Shown here one piece after another: positions 9,783-18,487 of a DNA stretch of 32,000 nt; positions within the stretch are counted from its first letter, which is position 1; every line of letters begins with the position of its first letter. The translations under genes were made by a program, and so were the position numbers. The stretch lies in assembly GCA_963823655.1 (NCBI GenBank), contig CAWGMK010000010.1:425755-457754 (forward strand), written 5' to 3'. The DNA comes from an uncultured Bacillota bacterium. Lineage in GTDB: Bacteria > Bacillota > DTU025 > MWDF01. The notes under the pieces are model-generated. The model ran no database searches. It saw nothing but the letters and a program-made list of their open reading frames with translations, and was not told the DNA's origin.

Positions 9783-10831
9783 TGAATTTAATATTGATCG
9801 CCTTTTTCCTTGCGACGGCACTGTCGCTGGCATTGACTCCGGCGGTCGGATACCTTGCCAGGAAGACCGGGGTAGTCGACGTTCCGCGCGGAAGGCACGC
9901 GCATGAGAAGCCAATACCGCTGATGGGCGGCCTTGCCATTTTCATCGCCTTCGTGGCAACCGTACTTATGAGGCTTGGCGTTACAGGCTGGGTCCTGGGG
10001 CTTATCCTGGGAAGCAGCGTGATCATGCTCACAGGCATAGTAGATGACATCTTCGAGCTGAAGCCGCTTGCGAAGCTTGCAGGCCAGATAACAGGCGCCG
10101 TCGTCATGGTGGCGATGGGAGTGCGCATGGAATTCGTGTCCAACCCGTTCGGCGGGATAGTGCACTTAAGCTGGCTTTCCTATCCTTTCAGCGTAATTTG
10201 GATACTGTCTTTCGTCAATGCCATTAACCTCATCGACGGGCTGGATGGGCTAGCCTCGGGCGTAGTCGGCATAGGCTCGATGTCGCTGGGCCTCATCGCT
10301 TTCAGCAAAGGGCACATAGATGTCGCGATACTCGCAGTCATCCTTTCAGGCTCCTGCATCGGCTTCCTATGGCACAACTTCAACCCCGCCCAGATTTTCA
10401 TGGGGGATACGGGAGCGCTCTTCATAGGCTCGGTCATGGGAGGAATCAGCGCGGTCGGAGCCATAAAGGGCCCTGCCACGATGACTATCGCCGTCCCGGT
10501 CGTGATATTGGGCGTTGCCGTAGTGGATACGGCACTTGCCATATTAAGGCGCATCGAGAACAACGTGAGCATAGGCGAGGGAGATTATGACCACTTCCAT
10601 TACTGGCTGGTTAAGCACGGCCTAACGGTCAGACAGGCGGTCGGCATAATCTATGCGCTGACTATTGCCCTTTCAGTAGTCGCCTACTTCATATCCAGCC
10701 AGAAATCGACCCCCGCGGGCTGGTTTATTGCCTTCGGCGCGTTTGCGGTGCTCATCATCGCAGGTGCGATGGTGGGGATGATAAAGCTCGGCAGGCTGGG
10801 CAGATGGATCAAGGAAAGGCGGAAATCCTAG
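9782..10831 (+). CDS. wecA: Undecaprenyl-phosphate N-acetylglucosaminyl 1-phosphate transferase family (WecA/TagO/MraY-like)
   Basis: 'RHAHEKPIPLMGGLAIF', 'LVNAINLIDGLDGLASG' region (FVNAINLIDGLDGLASG), 'FMGDTGALFIG', many TM segments; TGATG overlap with the previous gene. Confidence 0.9.
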   Translation: MNLILIAFFLATALSLALTPAVGYLARKTGVVDVPRGRHAHEKPIPLMGGLAIFIAFVATVLMRLGVTGWVLGLILGSSVIMLTGIVDDIFELKPLAKLAGQITGAVVMVAMGVRMEFVSNPFGGIVHLSWLSYPFSVIWILSFVNAINLIDGLDGLASGVVGIGSMSLGLIAFSKGHIDVAILAVILSGSCIGFLWHNFNPAQIFMGDTGALFIGSVMGGISAVGAIKGPATMTIAVPVVILGVAVVDTALAILRRIENNVSIGEGDYDHFHYWLVKHGLTVRQAVGIIYALTIALSVVAYFISSQKSTPAGWFIAFGAFAVLIIAGAMVGMIKLGRLGRWIKERRKS

Positions 10832-11974
10832 ATGCCAAGGGTCATGGCGGTATTCGGAACCAGGCCGGACACCATAAAGATGATGCCTGTCATAGAGGCC
10901 ATAAAGGCGCATCCAGCAGATTTCGAGCTGTTCTCATTGTCGACCGGCCAGCACAGGCAGATGCTTGACGACGTCCTGAGGGTGTTCGGCGTGGAGCCGG
11001 ACCTCGACTTGGACATCATGAGGCCGGACCAGACCCTAAGCGACATCGTTACCAGGGGGCTTCCGGCCATAGGCGCTGTTATCAAGGACATTTCACCCGA
11101 TCTGGTGCTTGTGCACGGCGATACCTCCACGGGCTTTACCGCCTCTCTTGCGGCGTTCTACGCAGGCGTCAAATCGGCCCATGTAGAGGCCGGCTTGAGG
11201 ACATTCGATAAATGGAACCCATTCCCCGAGGAGATGAACAGGAAGCTCATAGGTTCCCTTGCCGACTTGCACTTCGCGCCGCTAAAAACCCACAGGGCGA
11301 ACCTGCTGGCAGAGGGCGTAAAGCCCGATGGCATCTACGTGACGGGAAACACTGCGGTCGACGCCGTACTGAGGACGTCCGAGAAGGTCAAAGACCTCGA
11401 GAATGCCGAGCTGGAAGGCGCGATATATGGCTCCGGAAGGCTGATACTGGTAACCGCGCACAGAAGAGAGAGCATCGGCGCAGGGATCGAGGGCATATGC
11501 CTTGCCGTGAAGAGGATACTGGGCAAATACCGGGATGTCAGGATATTGTTCCCCGTGCATCCTAACCCCAGGGTCTCCGGTACAGTCCACAGGATACTCG
11601 ACGGCGAAAACCGGTGCCACCTGGTGAGCCCGATGTCCTATCCGGACATGGTGCTTGCCATGAAGAGCTCGTACTTCTGCATGAGCGATTTGGGCGGCAT
11701 ACAGGAGGAGGCGCCTTCCCTTGGAAAGCCCGTCCTTGTGCTGCGGGAGTGCACCGAAAGGCCCGAGGGGCTGGCCGCAGGCACGCTAAAGCTTGCCGGC
11801 GTATCGCCCGACAGGATATTCGAGCTGGCAAGCCTGCTTCTTGAGGATGAGGGCGAATACAGGAAGATGGCGGCAAGCCGCAACCCGTTTGGCGACGGCA
11901 AAGCCTCGGACAGGATAATACAGGCGATTTTACACAGCGCGGGCCAGGCCTCAAGGCCGGCAGATTACGAATAG
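10832..11974 (+). CDS. wecB: UDP-N-acetylglucosamine 2-epimerase (non-hydrolysing)
   Basis: 'VFGTRPDTIKMMPVI', 'LVHGDTSTGFTASLAAFYAGVKSAHVEAGLRT', 'ITVTAHRRES'-type motif (ILVTAHRRESIGAG), 'GGIQEEAPSLGKPVLVLRECTERPEG'. Confidence 0.95.
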   Translation: MPRVMAVFGTRPDTIKMMPVIEAIKAHPADFELFSLSTGQHRQMLDDVLRVFGVEPDLDLDIMRPDQTLSDIVTRGLPAIGAVIKDISPDLVLVHGDTSTGFTASLAAFYAGVKSAHVEAGLRTFDKWNPFPEEMNRKLIGSLADLHFAPLKTHRANLLAEGVKPDGIYVTGNTAVDAVLRTSEKVKDLENAELEGAIYGSGRLILVTAHRRESIGAGIEGICLAVKRILGKYRDVRILFPVHPNPRVSGTVHRILDGENRCHLVSPMSYPDMVLAMKSSYFCMSDLGGIQEEAPSLGKPVLVLRECTERPEGLAAGTLKLAGVSPDRIFELASLLLEDEGEYRKMAASRNPFGDGKASDRIIQAILHSAGQASRPADYE

Positions 11975-11996
11975 TCAACCGAAAGGCGTGAACGAT

Positions 11997-13253
11997 ATGG
12001 AACTTAGCACCTTGATCGTCGAAGGCGGAAGGAGAATGGAAGGAAGCGTGAGGGTGGGCGGGGCCAAAAACTCGTCTCTGCCCCTTATAGCCGCAGCTTT
12101 GCTTCCAAACGGCGTGTCCGTCATTGAGGACGTACCGAGGCTTAAGGATATAGAGACGATGCGAGGCGTCATCGAGGCGCTCGGGGCGAGGATAATCATG
12201 GACGGCAATGTGATGTCTGTGGACTCCTCCGGCATCAACGGCAACGAGCCCCCCTACGAGATGGTGAGATCCATGCGGGCATCTTTCCTTGTGATGGGCC
12301 CGCTTCTTGCCAGGATGGGCAGCGCCCACATATTCCAGCCGGGCGGCTGCGCGATAGGCGCAAGGCCCATTGACCTGCACCTGAAGGGCTTCGCCGCCCT
12401 TGGCGCAAGCGTTGATATGAGCGGAGGCGTCGTCAAGGCAAGCGTTGCCGGAAGGCTTAAGGGCGAGAGGGTCTACCTGGACTTTCCTAGCGTGGGCGCC
12501 ACGGAGAACATAATGATGGCGGCAGCTACAGCCGACGGCAGGACCTTAATTGAAAACGCAGCGAGGGAGCCTGAAATCGTTGACCTGGCCAACTTCCTGA
12601 ATAAAATGGGCGGCAAGGTCAGAGGCGCCGGCACCCCTGTTATAAGAATTGACGGAGTCGAAAACCTGGCTCCGACCTCCCATACGGTCATACCCGACAG
12701 GATAGAAGCGGGCACTTTCATGATAATCGCAGCTACGACGCAAGGCAGCCTCTACATAGACAATGTCGTCAGCGAACACTTGAAGCCACTGGAGGCAAAG
12801 CTATTGGAGGCGGGAGCCCAGATAGAGAACTTCGAAGGCGCCATAAAAGTGAGCGCCGACAAGAGGCTCAAAGCCGTCGATATTACGACGATGCCCTACC
12901 CCGGTTTCCCGACCGACATGCAAGCGCAGCTTATGGCACTTCTTTGCACGGCGGACGGAACATCCCAGGTCACCGAGAACGTCTTCGAGAACAGATTTAT
13001 GCACGCCCCGGAGCTTTCAAGGATGGGCGCTAATGTCAAGATAACCGGAAGGACCGCCATAGTCGAAGGCGTACCGAAGCTCACCGGCGCACATGTGAAC
13101 GCGACTGATTTGAGGGCCTCCGCGTCGCTTGTTACCGCGGCCCTGGTGGCCGAAGGAGAGACCCACATACACAACATTTCGCATCTGGACAGGGGATATG
13201 AGAACTTCGAGGGGCGGCTTGCCAAATGCGGCGCCAGGATGAGAAGGGAGTAG
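11997..13253 (+). CDS. murA: UDP-N-acetylglucosamine 1-carboxyvinyltransferase
   Basis: 'GGAKNSSLPLIAAALLPNG', catalytic-Cys region 'PGGCAIGARPIDLHLKGF', 'HTVIPDRIEAGTFM', 'GYPTD'-type 'YPGFPTDMQAQLMAL'. The GTG at 11988 is an alternative start. Confidence 0.95.
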   Translation: MELSTLIVEGGRRMEGSVRVGGAKNSSLPLIAAALLPNGVSVIEDVPRLKDIETMRGVIEALGARIIMDGNVMSVDSSGINGNEPPYEMVRSMRASFLVMGPLLARMGSAHIFQPGGCAIGARPIDLHLKGFAALGASVDMSGGVVKASVAGRLKGERVYLDFPSVGATENIMMAAATADGRTLIENAAREPEIVDLANFLNKMGGKVRGAGTPVIRIDGVENLAPTSHTVIPDRIEAGTFMIIAATTQGSLYIDNVVSEHLKPLEAKLLEAGAQIENFEGAIKVSADKRLKAVDITTMPYPGFPTDMQAQLMALLCTADGTSQVTENVFENRFMHAPELSRMGANVKITGRTAIVEGVPKLTGAHVNATDLRASASLVTAALVAEGETHIHNISHLDRGYENFEGRLAKCGARMRRE

Positions 13254-13258
13254 ATTTG

Positions 13259-15074
13259 ATGCGCAAGCCCAAAATTAACTCCCTGATGCTCCTGCTGGCC
13301 GGGCTAATGGCAATTTCGCTGGCTGCAGTGTCCAATGCCGCGCCCAGCTATATGGACCCGAAGGACGCGAAGGCGGGCATGTCGGGCGAGGGGTTGACCG
13401 TATTCTATGGAAGTGAGCCATCGCCTTTCAGCTTCAGGGTGATTGCAGTCACAAAAGGAGATTCCGGCCTTTCGGACCTTATTATCATCAAGGTGGGTGG
13501 CAAGCAGGTGGACGAGATTGGCGGCATCGCGGCGGGAATGAGCGGGAGCCCATGTTACATCAGGCGACAGGCTCCTGGGGCGCTGTCGCATGTGCTTGAG
13601 GGCCCGGATGCCAGCATTGGAATAATCACTCCCATGAGCCAGATGGTCAAAATACTGGAAGCCTACAAGTTCGCAAGCCTGTACGAGACTATAGAGGTAG
13701 AAGGCTGGGGGACATTCAAACCTGCGGCCGGGCCCATGTGGGTGGGAGGACTTAATTCCAGGGGTTTGGGCCTTCTGCAGTCCCGCCTTGGGGTTTTGGG
13801 CTTCGCAGCTGCCCCTCTTCCGCTCGGCACAGGCATCAGCATAGGCCAGAATACGCCCTATGCTGCAGGCTCTTCCATAGCGGTGCAGTTGTGCAACGGA
13901 GACATAGAGGCCGGAAGCATCGGCACTGTGACATGGTCGGACGGCAAGAGCTTCCTTGCCATGGGCCATCCCTTCATGAACCTCGGCGAAGTGGGATTCC
14001 CGATGTCGAAATCCCAGGTGCTTGCAGTGCTCCCTTCGGATGATTTTCCCTTCAAGCTGGGAACTTTCGAGAATCCCGGAGCTATAGTGACCCAAGACCG
14101 GGCCTCAGGCATAGCGGGGCTCATCGGACTTGAGGCACAGATGACGCAAGTGCAGATCACAGTAAACGACATGCAGACCGGCAGGAAGAGCACCTCCAAT
14201 TTCAGCTGCGTGCCGGATGCCAGGCTCATCGAGGGGCTAATAAGCTCCGGGCTCCTATCGGTCGTGGACAGCACGATCATGAGGGTGGGAGAGGGGACGG
14301 CATTCATAACGGTATCCATGGACGTATCGGGAATGAAGCTTCTCAGGGAAGATATGGTATGGTCTGCCTCGGACATTGCAGGCTACGCATCCTTCGAGCT
14401 GTCGGACATATTAAGCATGATTCTTGGAAATGACGTCGACGAGCCTGCAATAGCAGACATTTCGGTAAGCCTGGACATCGCGCCCGTCAGGCTGACATCC
14501 TCGATACTGGAATTGAAGCTTCCGGAAGGGGGCTTCAAGGCCGGCGAATCTAGCTCGGATCGGAGTAGTGATAAGGCCCTTCCGTGAAGTAGCCTATACG
14601 GAATATGTCGAAATCGAGATCCCTCAGGGGGTTCAACCCGGAAATATCGTAGTCGTTGTACGAGGAGGTTCCTCCGAGGACGATGCGGAAGTATATACTA
14701 TTGTGGATAAGGTCGGCGAAACCGAAGGCGTAGCGCTAGTAGACATGCTGGAGGCAATAGAAGGCGCCGAGCAGAACAACGAGCTGATAATCGAGATCAG
14801 ATACGCCCTTGACGAGGAGTCGACTGGCACTGACGAAGGTTATGTGGAAACGGAATCCGAGGAGGAGGAGCCCCTCTACTCCGCGGGAATTGTGATTTCA
14901 GAGCATCATAAGAGGGTATGTTTCAGTGGAATCAGAGATAAAATAGGGGCTGAATCGATAAACGGGAACGGACTCGGTCCTTCCAGACGTTTCTTCTTTA
15001 GTGACTTTAAGCTTAAGAGGAGCCGTATGAGCCGGGACCGGACAAAAGTTAGCGCAACCGTCAGGAGGTACTAA
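13259..15074 (+). CDS. Exported SpoIVB/S55-peptidase-like protein, apparently split by a frame disruption near 14550
   Basis: Signal peptide MRKPKINSLMLLLAGLMAISLAAVSNAAP; S55-type Ser motif 'GGIAAGMSGSPCYI' and His region 'FLAMGHPFMNLGEVGFPMSKSQVL'. Frame 2 ends at 14587 while frame 3 continues without a good start as 'ARIGVVIRPFREVAYTEYVEIEIPQGVQPGNIVVVVRGGSS' (ORF 14568-15074). Confidence 0.75.
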
Positions 15075-16785
15075 GATGATAAGAGGCGGCAAAGGCAGGG
15101 CAGTCATAATCCTTTTGGCAGCCATGGGTCTAGTCGTAGCAGCGTCTGCTCTGGCATCGGCCCAGTCTTACGGCAGGCTTGCCAGCATAGAGATCGAAGG
15201 CAACAGGAAACTGGATGCCGAATTTATAAAAAGCCTGATGCCATTGACCATAGGGATGGATTTGACACAGGAGGACCTGGACAAGACCTTCGCGGCGATG
15301 CAGGCAAGCGGATATTTCGCCGATCTGGGGGCGCGTTCGCAGTCTTTCCTGGGCGGAATCAAGCTCATTGTCACGGTGGAGGAATTCCCGGACCTCAATA
15401 CGATAGCAATCTCCGGCAATACGCTAATAAGCACGGAGCAGCTGCTATCTCGCATGAAGTCCACTGTTGGCAAGATGATCAACATAAACACCGTCAAGGA
15501 GGACCTGGACGGGATAATCGCCCTCTACAAGGAGGATAACAGGATTGCCACCGTCCAACCCGACATCAGCATGGACGGGGTGCTGACCATAGTTATAATC
15601 GAATGGAAGGTCGGCTTGGTACAGATTACCGGAAACGAGAAGACGAAAGAGGAGATTATCAGGAGGAACATCAGGGTAACAGAAGGCGACTTCATCGATA
15701 CCCAGGTCCTTTCTGATGACAGCCGCCGCATATACAACACGGCGATATTCGAGGATGTGGGAGTCGAGCTTCTGCCCAAAGACGAGGGCCCGTATGCCGA
15801 CATCACATTCGTGGTCACGGAGACTAAGACGGGGCTTTTCAATGTCGGCGCAACTTACAACTCGGCTGAAGGCCTCATCGGCTACATAGAAGTATCCGAC
15901 AAGAACGTATTCGGCTACGGCATCACAGTTTCCGGCAAGCTGGAGGCGGGCGGCAAGGAGAAGCAGATCCTCGGCGAATTCAGCATATCTACGCCGTACC
16001 TGTTCACAGACAAGCTCAGCGGAGGCCTCGAAGTGTACCGCAAGATGGCCAACAAGACCATAGACATAGATGAGGACGAAGAGGAGAACGACCTCGACGA
16101 TCTCATCTACAAGCAGTACAGGACCGGCGGCAGCATATGGATGGGATACAATTTCGACCTGTACACCAAGGCGGGTGCGTCTTTCAGGGTCGATTTCATT
16201 GAGAACCAGTCTGAGTTGCCATCTCCCGCAGTGCCGGCCGATACATCCACCAGGAGCATCACGCTGTCTCTTAACAGGGATACCAGGAACGACTTCATTA
16301 ACCCCACCAAGGGATACACCATCTTCGCCTCTACGGAGTTCGCAGGCGGCATTCTAGGCGGGGACGACAATTTCACCAAGCTCTTCACCCAGCTGACGGG
16401 CTACTATGAGTTCAAGGACGGCCAGGTGATAGCGGGGCGCCTCGGCGCTGGCGCCGGTATAAAGCCGCTTCCCTCACATGTTAAGTTCCTGCTTGGCGGC
16501 GGGGACAACCTAAGAGGCCTCAAAGAGCCCATAGAGGGCGACTATATAGTATTCGGCAATGCCGAGTACAGGTTCCGCATCTATGAGGAGATCGTCGGCG
16601 GCGTGGTATTCTTCGACCTCGGCCAGGCCTGGAACAAGGGCGAGGGCTTCACATTGGACGGGATGAAGTACGGCGTCGGCATAGGCGCAAGGGTCACAAT
16701 ACCGATGCTCGGGATGATAAGGCTCGACTACGGCATCTCAAACGGTCAGGGCCGGGTGTATTTCGGCTTCGGTCATACGTTCTAA
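15075..16785 (+). CDS. bamA: BamA/Omp85 family outer-membrane assembly factor (POTRA repeats + beta-barrel)
   Basis: Signal peptide; POTRA-like 'LASIEIEGNRKLDAEFIKSLM', 'LNTIAISGNTLISTEQL', 'VGLVQITGNEKTKEEIIRRNI'; barrel region 'GGGDNLRGLKEPIEGDYIVFGNAEYRFRIYEEIVGGVVFFDLGQAW'; C-terminal Phe (GHTF). Confidence 0.93.
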
Positions 16786-16792
16786 TATATGA

Positions 16793-16822
16793 ATGACAAC
16801 TCAGGCAACTGAGAATTATAAT
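16793..16822 (+). promoter_or_regulatory. Putative sigma70-type promoter of skp/ompH and the downstream lpt genes
   Basis: ATGACA (16793-16798), 18-nt spacer, TATAAT (16817-16822), in an AT-rich gap before the gene at 16871. Confidence 0.55.
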
Positions 16823-16870
16823 TAAATATGTTGTCATAAATTATCTAAATGAGAGGATGGTCAGTCCCAG

Positions 16871-17329
16871 ATGAAGAACCTTTTTAGAAACACGACGGCA
16901 GTAATAATGGCAATCGCTTTGGTGGCAGTGGCCGCTACAATCAGCAACCTTACGACAGGCAAGGCAGGCGCCGCCCCCGACTACGCGGTAATAGGCCATA
17001 TAGATACCGACAAGCTCAACTCCGATTTCCCGATGCTCAAGACGGCATGGGAGGCGGTCGCGGCCAAGAAGGCAGAGCTTGAGAAGGAACTTAACAAGAA
17101 GGCCGAAGGGCAGGACGCCGACGCTAAGGCGAAGCTTGTTGAGCAGTTCAACGTGCTTTACAACGACTACGCCAAGAAGACACTCGATCCCGCCTACGCC
17201 AAGCTCGAGACGACAGTCAAGGAAGTGGCCAAGGAAAAGGGAGTGACCGTGATCCTCAACAGCTCGATAGTCATCGAGGGCGGCGTCGACATGACCGATG
17301 CAGTCCTGGCTAAGGGCGGCCTTAAGTAG
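16871..17329 (+). CDS. OmpH/Skp family periplasmic chaperone-like protein
   Basis: N-terminal signal sequence; 'VIGHIDTDKLNSDFPMLKTAWEAV', Lys/Glu-rich helical region, 'AYAKLETTVKEVAKEKGVTVILNSSIVIEGGVDMTDAVL'; directly downstream of bamA. Confidence 0.88.
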   Translation: MKNLFRNTTAVIMAIALVAVAATISNLTTGKAGAAPDYAVIGHIDTDKLNSDFPMLKTAWEAVAAKKAELEKELNKKAEGQDADAKAKLVEQFNVLYNDYAKKTLDPAYAKLETTVKEVAKEKGVTVILNSSIVIEGGVDMTDAVLAKGGLK

Positions 17330-17347
17330 TATTCGCCAACTGTACAG

Positions 17348-17380
17348 AAAGGGGCGCGTTTAGGCGCCCCTTTATTCACA
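17348..17380 (+). terminator. Terminator/attenuator hairpin between skp-like gene and lptF-lptD
   Basis: Perfect 10-bp stem aaaggggcgc (17348-17357) / gcgccccttt (17364-17373), followed by attc. Confidence 0.65.
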
Positions 17381-17401
17381 TAAGTGACAGGAGTTGCCTC
17401 A

Positions 17402-18487
17402 ATGAGGAAGCTTGACCGGTATGTGGCGCGGGAGTTCCTAGGCCCATTCTTTGCCGCAATAACCGCGTTCATCGTCATATCCCTCAGCGTCCAGCTCTTC
17501 TGGCTGGCCGAAATGGTCGTGGTCAAGCACACCCCCCTTGCGACCGTATTGAAGCTCATACTCTACAACATACCCACAGCACTGGTACAAGTTCTCCCCT
17601 TCGCCACCCTTTTTGCGGTCCTGCTAGGATTGGGCAGGCTAAGCCGGGACAGCGAGCTTTCGATAATGAGAGCCGCAGGCCTCAGGCTTTCCAGGATCGC
17701 AGCCCCCATGATATTCATAGCGCTTCTTATCAGCGCATTCGGCTTCTATATGGGCGACCAGGTGGCCCCCAAGGCCAATTTGGAATCGCGCAACATCGTA
17801 AACAGGATGATCCTGGGCGACAGCATACCGGGGATTGAGAACAACGTCTTCTTCCGCGGGCCCGACAACAAGTTCTTCTATATCGGCCGGGTGAGCGAGG
17901 ACAGGGCGACTGTCCAGGACATCATGATATATGACATCGGATACGGGAAGTACCCGCAGCTGATAACAGCGGCCAAGGGGCAGGCGGACTCTGGAGTATG
18001 GGTATTCCTCGACGGCAACATCCATGAGTGCGGTTCGGACGGAAGGGTAGTATCGACGGCCCATTTCGATTCGCTGGAAATCAGGATGGAGCGCGCGGTC
18101 ACAGATTATACGAATTCCGGCAGGACAACCTCCGAAATGTCGATGAAGCAGCTTAAAGAGAGCATCTCGCTCTTCACGAAAAGCGGCATCAAGGCCAAGA
18201 ACCTTCTCATAGACTACTACCTCAAGATCGCCCAGCCCATCTCATCCCTGATTTTTGCAATACTGGCAGTGCCTCTTGCAGTACGAAGCCCCAGGCGCGG
18301 AGGGGCCGTCTACAGCATCGCCGCCGGCATACTTATCGTTACCTTGTACTTCATATTCGAATCGGTGATACGCTCGTACGGAATGCTCCAGGCGACAAGG
18401 CTTCAGCCCTGGATGGCGGCATGGTCCGCTGACATCATCTTTATGGTGGTGGCCCTCATCCTTCTTATAAGGGCGGATTCGAAGAGG
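17402..18487 (+). CDS. lptF: LptF/LptG (YjgP/YjgQ) family permease, N-terminal part of an open frame continuing into LptD
   Basis: 'LDRYVAREFLGPFFAAITAFIVISLSVQLFWL', 'LLGLGRLSRDSELSIMRAAGLRLSRI', late TMs 'ISSLIFAILAVPLAVRSPRRGG' and 'AAWSADIIFMVVALILLIRAD'. No stop codon follows; end given here is the boundary with the internal ATG at 18488. Confidence 0.88.

Noticed and set aside
14568-15074. ORF track entry as an independent gene
   Set aside because: Starts inside the S55-like gene without a convincing RBS and its first residues continue that protein's beta-rich tail; treated as a frame-disrupted segment.
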